Notes: generated from the letters alone by a model not told the origin. Shown: positions 10,701 through 22,309, counted from the first letter of the whole stretch. The stretch: DNA of 63,612 nt, filler included, from Octopus bimaculoides (GCF_001194135.2; 7 parts of 7 records of this genome joined end to end with filler, not necessarily neighbours in it), one strand, 5' to 3'. A program made the numbers and translations.

Positions 10701-10879
10701 CAGTGGCATGTAAAAGGCACCCATTACACTCTCAGAGTGGTTGGCATTTGGAAGGGCATCCAGCCATAGAAACCAAGCCAAAATCAGGCAGGAACCTGGT
10801 GCTGCTCTCTGGTCACCAGTTCCAGTCAAATCGTCTAACCCATGCCAGTATGGAAAACTGATGTCTAATGATGATGATG
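10701..10879 (+). mobile_element. RTE 3' end
   Basis: GTGGCATGTAAAAGGCACCC...GGCATCCAGCC...CCATGCCAGTATGGAAAA followed by (GAT)n. Confidence 0.8.
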
Positions 10880-10884
10880 CTGTG

Positions 10885-11020
10885 TGTATGTACAAGTGTG
10901 TGTGTGTATATGTGTGTGTGTACAGGTGTATATGTGTGTACAGGTATTTGTGTGTACAAGTGTGTGTGTGTGTACAGGTGTGTGCATGTGTAATGGTGTG
11001 TACAGGTGTGTGTGTACAGG
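10885..11020. repeat. (TG)n-derived minisatellite with TGTACA(A/G)GTG punctuation
   Basis: Repeated TGTACAGGTGTGTG-like units. Confidence 0.8.
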
Positions 11021-11116
11021 TCCAGACAAGAAGCTGAAAACAATACTCGTTGCTAGAAAGTAAGAATTGTTTATTGCTATTGCAGCTGTCACATCATCAT
11101 CATCATCACCATCATC

Positions 11117-11148
<32 letters not shown>

Positions 11149-11235
11149 TATCACCATCATCTTCACTTTCTTCATCACCATCATCATCATTATCATCATT
11201 AAAACTTTTGCTTTTTTCCCACTTTCTATTCCTAG

Positions 11236-11296
11236 AAGCTGTTGTACCATCCAAACAACATTCAGAGACTTCAGAAAAACCAAATCCGAAGACTAA
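11236..11296 (+). CDS. Internal exon of the TRF-like gene (hinge region)
   Basis: Strong acceptor cttttttcccactttctattcctag; (E)AVVPSKQHSETSEKPNPKT(K); weaker donor gtataa. Phases 1 to 2 fit both neighbours. Confidence 0.65.
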
Positions 11297-11400
11297 GTAT
11301 AATGCTTGATTCTTTATGCTTCAAAGTTTTGGAAATTTTTGGTAAATTATTTTGTTATTGGTGTGAGATTTTATTTTTCTTTGTCTTTGTGTATTTGCAG

Positions 11401-11438
11401 AGACATTCAGAAGAAGCTCCAAGATCTGGCGTCTCCAG
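11401..11438 (+). CDS. 38-nt internal exon of the TRF-like gene
   Basis: Acceptor tctttgtgtatttgcag, donor CAG|gtaagg; DIQKKLQDLASP(V); the phase-1 end joins exon 14726. Confidence 0.75.
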
Positions 11439-11489
11439 GTAAGGGATTCCTCATTTCAGTTTAATTCTCTTTCCTTATGAATCCTAATG

Positions 11490-11725
11490 TTAGGGTGCTA
11501 CTCTCACGATTGCAAGATCATGGTTTCAATTCCCAGACAGGTGATGTATTGTGTTCATGTTGTCCCAGTCCACTCAGCTGTAAATGGGTGACCCTCTGAC
11601 AGACTGGCGATCCATTCAGGGGCAACATTGGTTTACTCAATGGGGTGGCATCATTTGATAGCTGCAACATTGCGAGGAAGCACATTGTAATCAGCGATGT
11701 ATAGCAACATCCCATAGTCTGGCCG
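11490..11725 (+). mobile_element. tRNA-SINE family 2 (degenerate)
   Basis: tRNA-like head plus GTTGTCCCAGTCCACTCAGCTGTAAATGGGT core, shared with 17127-17448. Confidence 0.65.
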
Positions 11726-11759
11726 ATACAATGGTCAATCATATCATGGGAAGCATTTT

Positions 11760-11980
11760 ATCATCATCATCATCGTTTAATGTCCATTTTCCATGCTGGT
11801 ATGGGTGGGACAGTTTGACCAGAGCTGGTAAGGCCAGGCTCTGCACCAGGCTTCATTGTCTGCTCTGGAATGGTTTCTACAACTGGACGCCCTTCCTAAC
11901 ATGCCAACCATTTTACAGAGTTTACTGGGTGCTTTTACATGACTCCAGCACCAGTGCTTTTTACGTGGTGCCAGTATCAC
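11760..11980 (-). mobile_element. RTE 3' end
   Basis: (TCA)n GTTTAATGTCCATTTTCCATGCTGGTATGGG ... GGGTGCTTTTACATG subrepeats. Confidence 0.8.
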
Positions 11981-13188
11981 TTCTGCTGAACATTGCTAGG
12001 ACGAACCCCAAAGACTGGCCCACTTCTTCAGTTCCAAGCAATGACTGATACTCGAGAAAGCTCAGGCAAGGGCCACAATGGAATATAACATTCACACTTT
12101 GGATGTTACTTCTACTTCTGCATACACCTGGACAACCTTTGACTACGTTGACAAAGGGGCCATTTGACTGTTTGGCATAAAGTCACTCACAGACATGTTT
12201 CAGCCTCAAGCCCACAGCTGTACTGTATCCTCTCCATCTGCCTTTTCTACCCCTACTATAATGGCCTTTGCTCAGCAGAGCTGATTGGTCTCATGCCACC
12301 TCACTTAGCTGCTCCCATCTCACTTGTTTACATCACCTCCACTCTTCATCTTGTTGTGACACCCCACTCCCCACTGCACCGGGACCCACACTAATTGTTA
12401 CACCCAATTCTTCTTTCCTAGAGTGTTGGCCCTCTGGAATTCCATCTCTGCTCAATATCTTTCTGGCAGGTATTAATTTACAATAACGATGGTGGTTTTG
12501 GTGGGGGTGGTGGTGATGGTGGTGGTGGTGGTGGTGGTGGTGATGGTGGTGGTGGTGTGGGTGGTATGCTGGGAAAGCCATGGATACTGACCCCTTCTTC
12601 CAGACCNNNNNNNNNNNNNNNNNNNNNNNNNNNNNNNNNNNNNNNNNNNNNNNNNNNNNNNNNNNNNNNNNNNNNNNNNNNNNNNNNNNNNNNNNNNNNN
12701 NNNNNNNNNNNNNNNNNNNNNNNNNNNNNNNNNNNNNNNNNNNNNNNNNNNNNNNNNNNNNNNNNNNNNNNNNNNNNNNNNNNNNNNNNNNNNNNNNNNN
12801 NNNNNNNNNNNNNNNNNNNNNNNNNNNNNNNNNNNNNNNNNNNNNNNNNNNNNNNNNNNNNNNNNNNNNNNNNNNNNNNNNNNNNNNNNNNNNNNNNNNN
12901 NNNNNNNNNNNNNNNNNNNNNNNNNNNNNNNNNNNNNNNNNNNNNNNNNNNNNNNNNNNNNNNNNNNNNNNNNNNNNNNNNNNNNNNNNNNNNNNNNNNN
13001 NNNNNNNNNNNNNNNNNNNNNNNNNNNNNNNNNNNNNNNNNNNNNNNNNNNNNNNNNNNNNNNNNNNNNNNNNNNNNNNNNNNNNNNNNNNNNNNNNNNN
13101 NNNNNNNNNNNNNNNNNNNNNNNNNNNNNNNNNNNNNNNNAATATCTTCAATCAATAACCTAATGATTTTGTACACTGTGCAGTGTCT

Positions 13189-13229
<41 letters not shown>

Positions 13230-13309
13230 CCTTTCTACTATAGGCATATTACTTGAAATTTTGGATGAAGATTCTAGCCAATTACACCAAACTCAGTACT
13301 TATTTGGTA

Positions 13310-13678
13310 TATGTGCCGGTGGCACGTAAAAAGCACTATTTGAGTGCGATCGTTTCCAGCTTTGCCTTACTGGCACTTGTTCCGGTGGCATGTGAACAAA
13401 ACATTGGACTGACTCCTGTGCAACTGGCATGTAAAAAACACCATTTGAGTGTGGCCGTTGCCAGTACCACCGGACTGATCCTCATGCCGGTGACATGTAA
13501 AAAGCACCCACTATACTCTCGGAGGTGGTTGGCGTTAGGAAGGGCATCCAGCTGTAGAACCTCTGCCAGATCAGATAGGTGTAGCCATCTGGTTCGCCAG
13601 TCCCTAGTCAAATTGTCCAACCCATGCTAGCATAGAAAGTGGACGTTAAATGATGCTGATGACGATGATGATGATGAC
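13310..13678 (+). mobile_element. RTE 3' UTR (four subrepeats) and 3' end
   Basis: Repeated CCGGTGGCA(C/T)GTAAAAAGCAC, CCATGCTAGCATAG, (GAT)n. Confidence 0.8.
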
Positions 13679-13680
13679 TC

Positions 13681-13800
13681 CAAAAGGATGAAAGTCAAAG
13701 TCAACCTTGGTGGAATTTGAACTCAGAACGCAACACTGGATGAGCTGCTGCTAAGCATTTTGCCTGGCATGCTAATGATTCTGCCAGTTTGCTGCCTTTT
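13681..13800 (-). mobile_element. SINE family 3, 5' part
   Basis: GAAAGTCAAAGTCAACCTTGGTGGAATTTGAACTCAGAACG matches the reverse complement of 17708-17921. Confidence 0.7.
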
Positions 13801-14070
13801 ACGTTTAGAAATACTGCCATGAAAATGCAATCTATTGTAAAACTGTAGAATAGCAGGAGGGTATAAGTTCTTTGAGAGCCTGTCAAGAGTCACTGGTTTG
13901 AAGTCCATTACCTTGAGGACCAAACTCTTCATTCTATTCTGTCTGGATGTGAGTTATGAGCACCAGACCTTTCAAGGAAAGGCAAAGATGTGTGTCCCAA
14001 CTTCAACTTCTACAGGGGTAAATAGTTGAGTCACAAATCTGACAGACCAAGTCATGGAAGAGGTGTAAAC

Positions 14071-14242
14071 GAGATAGACCAGGGTGTAAAAGAAGTTTAA
14101 ATGTGATAGATCAAGACATGAAAAGGGTCTGAGCATGATAGACCAAGGTATGCTATATGTCTAAATGTGATAGACCAAAGTATGAAATGTGGTCTAAATG
14201 TGGTTAAGCAAGACATGAAAGTGTCTAAATATGATTGACCAG
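14071..14242. repeat. Diverged ~32-bp minisatellite, five units plus a partial sixth
   Basis: Units GATAGACCAAGGTATG...GTCTAAATGT start at about 14072, 14104, 14136, 14168, 14201 and 14232. Confidence 0.75.
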
Positions 14243-14369
14243 GCCGGCTGATTTAGCTGTTTTTCCTGCAGAATTAAGGTCAATTTTCTGCACAGGTAAC
14301 AGCTGACTTGCCATGAATCCTTGTTTCCTTCTGTGTTGGCAGAACTATTTGAATTATGCAGTATATTGA

Positions 14370-14590
14370 CCCTTTAGGACTTAAACTGGCCATATCTGTC
14401 CCACAATTTCCTACCTGTTTTATGTCCAAACTGGCAAGATCTGGCCTCTCACACCTACCCAACAATGTCATTCTAAAAGTAAACAATCACATTGTTGAAA
14501 TCTGAGAGCTACGAGATAATGCAGGATTAATTCAAATCAATGTGAATAAATAAGGATTACATTTGAAAGAGTAATCTGAATGCTAAACGG
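14370..14590. mobile_element. piggyBac-like MITE (same family as 56624-56796)
   Basis: Termini CCCTTTAGGACT / AATGCTAAACGG, flanked by TTGA / TTAA; internal match to 56624-56796 in the opposite orientation. Confidence 0.75.
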
Positions 14591-14725
14591 TTAAATCTTG
14601 ATAAATTGTTTTCTTTTGTATTTGAAGCTCTAGACAACCCATGAAATACTATTTCATGATCAGTTTTATGCTCAGACAATTCTGTATTACTAAAGTTTAT
14701 TTTCTTTGTTATTTTTTATTCACAG

Positions 14726-15018
14726 TTAATGACAGATATCCGCAGTTGCCATCATTACATGTGAGAAAAAGTTTGAAATACAATCAGCCTCCAAAGACAA
14801 AAAGTAGTAACAAAATGCACCGAAAAGTGTGGACCGAGGAACAAGAAGAAGAGTTCTATCAGGCTGTGAAGCTCATTGGAGTTGGTAAATGGGCTGATAT
14901 CCGGGACCATTTGGGTACTCACCGGAGCAACGTTAACCTGAAAGATAAATGGAGGAGTTTCATACAAACGGGGAAAATGAAAGCCCTGAAGAATAAGTTT
15001 GGTCATGTTTCCTCATGA
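14726..15018 (+). CDS. TERF1/2-like: Terminal exon encoding a telobox-type Myb/SANT domain; TRF/TERF-like telomeric repeat-binding factor
   Basis: Acceptor ttattttttattcacag; RKVWTEEQEEEFYQAVKLIGVGKWADIRDHLGTHRSNVNLKDKWRS has the three Myb tryptophans and the telobox LKDKWR motif at the C-terminus; TGA at 15016-15018; AATAAA near 15216. Confidence 0.85.
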
Positions 15019-16589
15019 TTTGAGATCTGGGGAGTACCTTTATTGCTTCTCGCTTGGTTGATTCCTCTAATAGCTGATGAGGGAGGAAGGACAGATTATA
15101 TATATGTGTTTGTGTATATGTATCTATATATATGGTTGATTCAATGGACTTAAAATTTCAGACATTCATTGTGAAAAATTGATTTTCCACAAAGGATTAA
15201 AAAAAAAAGTCAGGAAATAAATAAAATAATGCTTCAGGTTGGAACTTTTCTGAGCTGAAAGTCTTGAAGCATCATGGTTATTTATATATATATTGTAAAA
15301 TTCATCTTCCAAACATTCATCCTTCCATCACTCTCCTCTCTAGGGCACTTACTGTCTCATGTTGTAATTAAATGGATTCCCTTCTGTGCCCTCAATTATG
15401 TCTCTCTCCTTTAAACTACTTCATTTTGTCCTTTCTCCCACTTTCAGTATCATCCTTTACCATCTCATTTCCCACTGAAACCCCTTTTTCCCTAAACACA
15501 CTCTCATACCAGCTTTTAATAGGTTGTCACCCTCACCTTCATTTGTCACTTACTATTTCTGCTGGACTCTGCTCCCCCCCATCTTCACCATTTTTCTCTC
15601 CTACTTCATTATATACACCTTGTAATTTGGGTGTATGGTCCCTGATCCCTTCACTGTCACATCTTTATCACCTCTCCACCACCCCTCTGCATTTGAGGTA
15701 GCCATGTTTCTCTTCTAATGCAGGGCAGCTCTTCTGTCCCTCAGTACTTCTCCCCCACCCATTGAGAGGTCTTGTCTTGCAAATTACTCAGTGGTCTCAC
15801 TGCTGCTGGTGTCACAAAAAAAAAAAAAAANNNNNNNNNNNNNNNNNNNNNNNNNNNNNNNNNNNNNNNNNNNNNNNNNNNNNNNNNNNNNNNNNNNNNN
15901 NNNNNNNNNNNNNNNNNNNNNNNNNNNNNNNNNNNNNNNNNNNNNNNNNNNNNNNNNNNNNNNNNNNNNNNNNNNNNNNNNNNNNNNNNNNNNNNNNNNN
16001 NNNNNNNNNNNNNNNNNNNNNNNNNNNNNNNNNNNNNNNNNNNNNNNNNNNNNNNNNNNNNNNNNNNNNNNNNNNNNNNNNNNNNNNNNNNNNNNNNNNN
16101 NNNNNNNNNNNNNNNNNNNNNNNNNNNNNNNNNNNNNNNNNNNNNNNNNNNNNNNNNNNNNNNNNNNNNNNNNNNNNNNNNNNNNNNNNNNNNNNNNNNN
16201 NNNNNNNNNNNNNNNNNCACCCACCCCATCTTCCTCTTCCCTGACCTGCTTCTATTTCACTCACCCACCTCCATCCTGCCAAACCATTGACCATGCATCC
16301 ACCTGTTGTTCACCCTTCGCTGCATTCACCACTGTCCCTGTCACTCCCCTTTCATGCCCTCGTGAACTTTCCCACCCACCCTGTATCCACTCCTCTGCTC
16401 ACATTCTCTTGTCCATTCCTCACCCAATTAAGTGGTGTTGTTGGTGGAACTTCTGCAAATAAATCATTTCCTTGCTTTGCTTTGGGTTTTCAAAAGTGTT
16501 GTGGAAAACAAGTAAGAGTTTGTGTCTGGAAGGGACACACATCTGACCCAACTGTGAAAACAGTACCCCAGAAACATATTTGTTTAACC

Positions 16590-16860
16590 CAGTAGTTCCC
16601 AAACTTTTTCGGGCTGCCACCCCCATGACACCCACGCCACATTCCACGTGCCCCCACCCCAACTAACCATCACAAAAGTAGACCTTTCTGAAGCAAATTC
16701 AAAGTAATTGTATTTCACAAATAAAACTTAATGAACCCATTATTTTGTTGTTTTTACATAAATCGCTACCCCATTATTGCCCCAATTTTTCAAAAACACC
16801 CACTTGGAACTTTCCAGTGCCCCCAGGGGTGGGCAATACCGCCCACTTTGGGAACCATTG
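16590..16860. mobile_element. hAT-like MITE (271 bp)
   Basis: TIRs CAGTAGTTCCCAAA / TTTGGGAACCATTG; 8-bp TSD GTTTAACC (16582-16589) / GTTTAACT (16861-16868). Confidence 0.85.
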
Positions 16861-17126
16861 GTTTAACTCATTCAGGGGTAATCTGCGGCACATGGTACTT
16901 TCTAAATGGCACGCCGTCATGGAAAGTCACATTGAAGTTTTGTTTTTAGTTGCATGGCCCCCCCCCCCCTGATGATGAACCATGTCTCATGTGGCCTACT
17001 TCTTGAAAAGGATTGCCCATGCCTAGTCTAACCCATGTTGGCATACAAAAAGGGATGTGGAAAAACATGTGTATACGCACGCCTGCATGCACACACAGAC
17101 ACACACACACACATAATTTAATATGA

Positions 17127-17448
17127 CATTCCATCGGTTATAATGACAAGGGTTTCAGTTGATCTGATCAACGGAATGGCCTGCTCGTGAAATTAATGTG
17201 CAAGTGGCTGAGAACTCCACAGACACGTGTACCGTTAATGTAGTTCTCAGGGAGATTCATTCTGATACAGAATGTGAAAAGACTGGCCCTTTGAATTACA
17301 GGTACAACCCATTTTTGCCAACTGAGTGGACAGGAGCAACATGAAAATAAAGTGTCTTGCTCAAGGACACAATGTGTTGCCAGAAATTGAACTCATGACC
17401 ATATGATCGTGGGTCAAATACCCTAACCACTAAGCCACGTGCCCTCAC
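17127..17448 (-). mobile_element. Full-length tRNA-SINE family 2
   Basis: The - strand starts GGGCACGTGGCTTAGTGGTTAGGGTATTTG (A box) ... GAGTTCAATTTC (B box), followed by GTCCTTGAGCAAGACACTTT and the CCACTCAGTTGG core. Confidence 0.85.
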
Positions 17449-17707
17449 TAATTTAATATACACAATATTTAGATATGAGCTACACAAGGCATGTTATATA
17501 TGCCAAACTATTGTGTTTCCATGGCATGAAACTATTTGTAGTTCATTTAAATACTTCGTATATTGGTTTCAAATTTTGGCACTAGGCCAGCAATTTCGGA
17601 TGACGAGCAGTAAATCGATTTCTTTGCCCCTGGAGATGGAGTACTTTTTTGTTGATCCTACCTGTAACAGAAGCAGCAATCTATGTACATATATATGTAT
17701 AACTATC

Positions 17708-17921
17708 AAAGCAGTGAGCTGGCAGAAACGTTAGTACGCTGGGCGAAATGCGTAGCGGAATTTCGTCTGTCTTTACGTTCTGAGTTCAAATTCTGCCAAG
17801 GTTGACTTTACCTTTTATCCTTTCAAGGTCGATAAATTAAGTACCAGTTACGTACTGGGGTCGATCTAATCAACTGGTCCCCTCCCCAAATGTTTCGGGC
17901 CTTGTGCCCAGAGTAGAAAAG
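17708..17921 (+). mobile_element. Full-length SINE family 3
   Basis: GCTGGCAGAAACGTTAG...GAGTTCAAATTCTGCC...GTCGATAAATTAAGTACCAG; homologues at 13681, 20935, 49010, 55340 and 61440. Confidence 0.8.
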
Positions 17922-17944
17922 TATATATGTATAGTTATCTGCAT

Positions 17945-18200
17945 TAATGGATATGACCATCCTCATGGTAAAGCGTTGGGAGCCTTAGACACAAGCACCA
18001 TGCCAGTGGGTCTTGTGCTGCAGCTGTACTCATTGCCAGGGTGCTCCTTGTCCAATCCTTCATGTCATTGTTCAAATTTTCACCTTTGTCAGGCTTGATT
18101 TAGTTTCCTATCCATGGAGATCCTAAGAATTGTGTACAGATGGTCTGGCTTCTCATAATGTACCTAATGTACCAGCTGTTGTTTTGAGGCAATCGTGTGT
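17945..18200 (-). mobile_element. Old RTE ORF2 C-terminal fragment (second subfamily)
   Basis: Frameshifted SWYIRYIMRSQTICTQFLG / NNDMKDWTRSTLAMSTAAAQDPLAW, resembling the RTE GHIMR...W.D.IKDWT...AQDR..W tail. Confidence 0.5.
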
Positions 18201-18222
18201 GTATGTGTGTGACATTATATAT

Positions 18223-18968
18223 ATAGTATGCGTGGTTGTGTGGTAAGGAACTTGCTCTCTGACTACAGGGTTCTGGGTTCAGTCCCATTGCATGGCACCT
18301 TGGGCAAGTATCTTCTACTATAGCCTTGGGTTAACCAAACTCTTGTGAGTGGATTTAGTAGATGGAAACTGAAAGAAGCTTATCGCATATACAAATGTGT
18401 GTGTATGTGTATCTGTGTTTGTCCCCCACCACCTCTTGACAACTGGTGTTGGTGTGTTTACATCTCTGTGACATAACAGTTTGGCAAAAGGGACCGATAG
18501 AAGAACCTGGCTTAAAAAAGTACTTGGGTTGATTTCTTCGAGACGTTGCCCCAGCATGACCACAGTCTAATGACAGAAACAAGCAAAAGATAATATATCT
18601 ATAGATGCAAGAGTGGCTGTTTGGTAAGAAGCCTGCTTACCAACCATATGATTATGGGTTCAGTCCCACTGTGTGACACCTTTTGCAAGTGTCTTCTATA
18701 GCCTTGGGCCGACCAAAGTTTTGTGAGTGGATTTGGCAGACGGAAACTGAAAGAAACCCGTTATATATATGTGTGTGTGTCTGTGTTTGTGCCCCCGACA
18801 CCACTTGACAACCGATGCTGGTGTGTTTACGTAGCCTAGCAGTTCGGCAAAAGATACCGATAGAATAAGTACTAGGCTTACAAAGAATAAGTCCTGGGGT
18901 CGATTTGCTCGACTAAAGGCGGTGCTCCAGCATGGCCGCAGTCAAAATGACTGAAACAAGTAAAAGAA
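18223..18968 (+). mobile_element. Two tandem full-length tRNA-SINE family 1 copies (18223-18590, 18601-18968)
   Basis: Each has GTGG(T/C)TG.GTGGTAAG A box, GGTTCAGTCCCA B box, GTGAGTGGATTT.GTAGA core and GAAACAAG.AAAAGA tail. Confidence 0.9.
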
Positions 18969-19885
18969 TATATACACAGAGAGAAGGAGAGAGAGGTGGG
19001 TGTATTTTATTCTAAAACCTAAGATTAGAAAACTTTAATACAAGAATTTCCCTGAAGAGAATTGGTTCTCTGCAAAGATGGCTGACCAGAAGACATGACA
19101 GAATTACTAAAAGACATTTAATGAGATTCCATTTCAGTAATTAATTAATTGTCATTATATGCACACATGGAATTTGGATTGAAAGAAAGACAAGCTGTAG
19201 CGATAATAATATCGAAAATTGACAATTAGCAATTAATTAAACAAATAAATGGATGCATACATATATACATACAGTTATACACATATGTACATAGATGCAT
19301 GTATACTTATGCTTGCGTATAGTGCGTTTATGTACTCATACATGTTTGTATAGATATATACACATACATTTAGACATATATACATACACTCATATATAGG
19401 CGTATGCTTATACATATATTTAAAGCATTTACACATACATGCATTCGGAGATTTATGCATATATTCATACATACACACATACTAGGCACGTGCCGTTAGT
19501 AATTACTCAGGCTAGGCAGTTGTGATGTTTATGTAGTAAAAAAAAAGCGAAACACAGGCGCGCGACTGAGATGGAGGCAGATTTACTTCTGCACGTAAAG
19601 AAAACGTTGTTGTAGGAATGTACTCAGCATGTGTACTACAGCAATACTATGCGTGGCTTTAATATTGAGATTGAAAAGCAGGGGTGAATTATGCCTACCT
19701 AATCTACAAAACAATAAAATAATCAGAGTAACCTTCAAAATTTTATTGAAGTATGTGCATATTTTGCTATAAAGGAAAATATTATCGATCTATTTTATTC
19801 AGGGTAGATACTGCCTACCTTGCCTACCTAGGTGGCACGTCTCCGATACATACAGACATGCACATATTCAGAGATGTATACTCAT

Positions 19886-20870
19886 ATATATTTGGTTAAT
19901 GAGAGATGGAAGATACGACAATTGTTTCGACACATCTAGCATCGATCCCACACGGTTAACGAGAGACGGAAGATGGAAGATATGACAATTGTTTTGATAA
20001 ATCTTGCATCGATCCCACACGGGTGGGATACTTAACGGCTGGTTCAGGAGCATCCGGTGGTGCAGGTGTGTCTACAATTCGTTAAAATAACAGTTCCGAT
20101 TTTGTGTGGCGACTTAAAGAAGATAAAATTAAATATAAAATAACTTGGTCCATTGTTGGGCACGCAAAACCAATATCATCTTTTCCAAGAGATGCCGACT
20201 CTGCTCTGAGGAATCCGTATCTATTCTGTAGACCAACGAGAAGATTATTAATAGAATTTCTGAAAGACTGTCAAGATGCTTACATGCATATAAATGCACT
20301 TTCGCACAATGCAGTGGGAATGACTTGGAGTAACTGTTAACGTAATCCACCTCAAGGTATGGATGAATTAAATTTGGCTTTAATCTCCCTATTCTTATAA
20401 CATCAGGTAGCTATTTAACTTGCTGTGTGAACGTATGTGTGCCAAACCACACGTACGAATGCTTACATCTTCGTGGCTGTTTGTGTGAGCGATACAAGCC
20501 ACGCGAGGGCGTTTATACATCCATATCTGTTAGCGGTTATTATATTCAATACTTTTCTCGCTGTATTGCGTGTTCGTTTCTTTTTTGTATCTTTTATTTT
20601 ATTATTGATCTTCTATATAAATGAAGATATATCCTTTAATTTTCTGTTTTTCTTCACAAGAACTGAGAAGGTACATTGCAGAACTGTTATTTTAACGAGT
20701 TGTATCTGTTTATCACCCGAAGAAACACATCTGCATTATCGGATGCTCCTGAACCAGTTGTTAAGTATCCCACACCTGAGTGATTGATGCTAGATGTATC
20801 GAAACAATTGTAGTGATTAATAAAAACTCTCGTATCTTCCATCGTTCGTCTCTAATTAACCAGATACATA
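19886..20870 (+). mobile_element. 5'-truncated Penelope-like retroelement with inverted pseudo-LTR copies
   Basis: 20104-20330 encodes, with a frameshift, WRLKEDKIKYKITWSIVGHAKP / SKRCRLCSEESVSIL*TNEKIINRISERLSRCLH, like PLE GIY-YIG C-termini. 19886-20098 is an inverted copy of about 20680-20870. The arms carry GAAAC-AATT-GT(C/A). Confidence 0.75.
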
Positions 20871-20934
20871 AGCTACCAGGTATAAACCATTCGTTTTATT
20901 ATCTAATATCTAATAATTATTATAATGATTTCAA

Positions 20935-21137
20935 ATCTTTGCCACAAGGGCAGCTTGTGGGAGGGAATTAAGTTGATTACATTGATCCCAGTGCGTAACT
21001 AGTATTTATTTAATCGACCCCGTAAGGATGAAAGGCAAAGTCGACCTCGGCGAAATTTGAACTCAGAACGTAAAGACAGACAAAATACCGCTCAGCATTT
21101 TTCCCGGCATACTAACGATTCTGCCAGCTCGTTGCCT
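20935..21137 (-). mobile_element. SINE family 3
   Basis: Reverse match to 17708-17921. Confidence 0.8.
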
Positions 21138-21142
21138 TTATA

Positions 21143-21285
<143 letters not shown>

Positions 21286-21629
21286 TCTACTCTAGGCACA
21301 AGGNNNNNNNNNNNNNNNNNNNNNNNNNNNNNNNNNNNNNNNNNNNNNNNNNNNNNNNNNNNNNNNNNNNNNNNNNNNNNNNNNNNNNNNNNNNNNNNNN
21401 NNNNNNNNNNNNNNNNNNNNNNNNNNNNNNNNNNNNNNNNNNNNNNNNNNNNNNNNNNNNNNNNNNNNNNNNNNNNNNNNNNNNNNNNNNNNNNNNNNNN
21501 NNNNNNNNNNNNNNNNNNNNNNNNNNNNNNNNNNNNNNNNNNNNNNNNNNNNNNNNNNNNNNNNNNNNNNNNNNNNNNNNNNNNNNNNNNNNNNNNNNNN
21601 NNNNNNNNNNNNNNNNNNNNNNNNNNNNN

Positions 21630-21672
<43 letters not shown>

Positions 21673-22309
21673 TACATAGATACACACACACACATACACG
21701 CATAAGAAGGGACTAAAACATTTAGATTGCCTTGAAAACATTGTGTTAACATAATATTAATTTCAATGATATTTTCTATATCGAAATCTGTTAATACAAC
21801 AGAAACAATTGTTGGCTTTGTGAGGTGAATTCTACAATTAAAGATGTGATTTTCTCCATACGTATTTTGGTTAGTAACTTTAGTAGCATACTAACTTCAT
21901 GTCAGTTAGTAAATTGTTATTTTATTGTTTCCTTATCTTCGTTTTCTATTCACTGATGACTGCAAACATTGGTTCCTGGATTAAATGTATTCCAATACAA
22001 ACAGGAAATCTATGCAATAATAGACGTTCTCTCTCTCTCTTCTTTGTCTGTATTTCTCTTTCTCTTCTCTTTCTCTGTCTCTCTCTCTCTTTCTCTGTCT
22101 CTCTCTCTTTCTCTGTCTCTCTTTCTCTGTCTCTCTCTCTCTTTCTCTGTCTCTCTCTTTCTCTGTCTCTCTCTTTCTCTGTCTCTCTCTCTCTCTTTCT
22201 CTGTCTCTCTTTCTCTATCTCTCTCTCTTTCTCTGTCTCTCTCTCTTTCTCCGTCTCTGTCTCTCTCTTTTTCTGTCTCTCTCCCCTCTCTCCCTCTTCT
22301 CTCTCTGGC

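Noticed and set aside
11067-11254. Poly-S, poly-D and poly-M ORFs (also poly-L, poly-I, poly-H ORFs at 12478, 21138, 24632, 25673)
   Set aside because: Translations of trinucleotide microsatellites.
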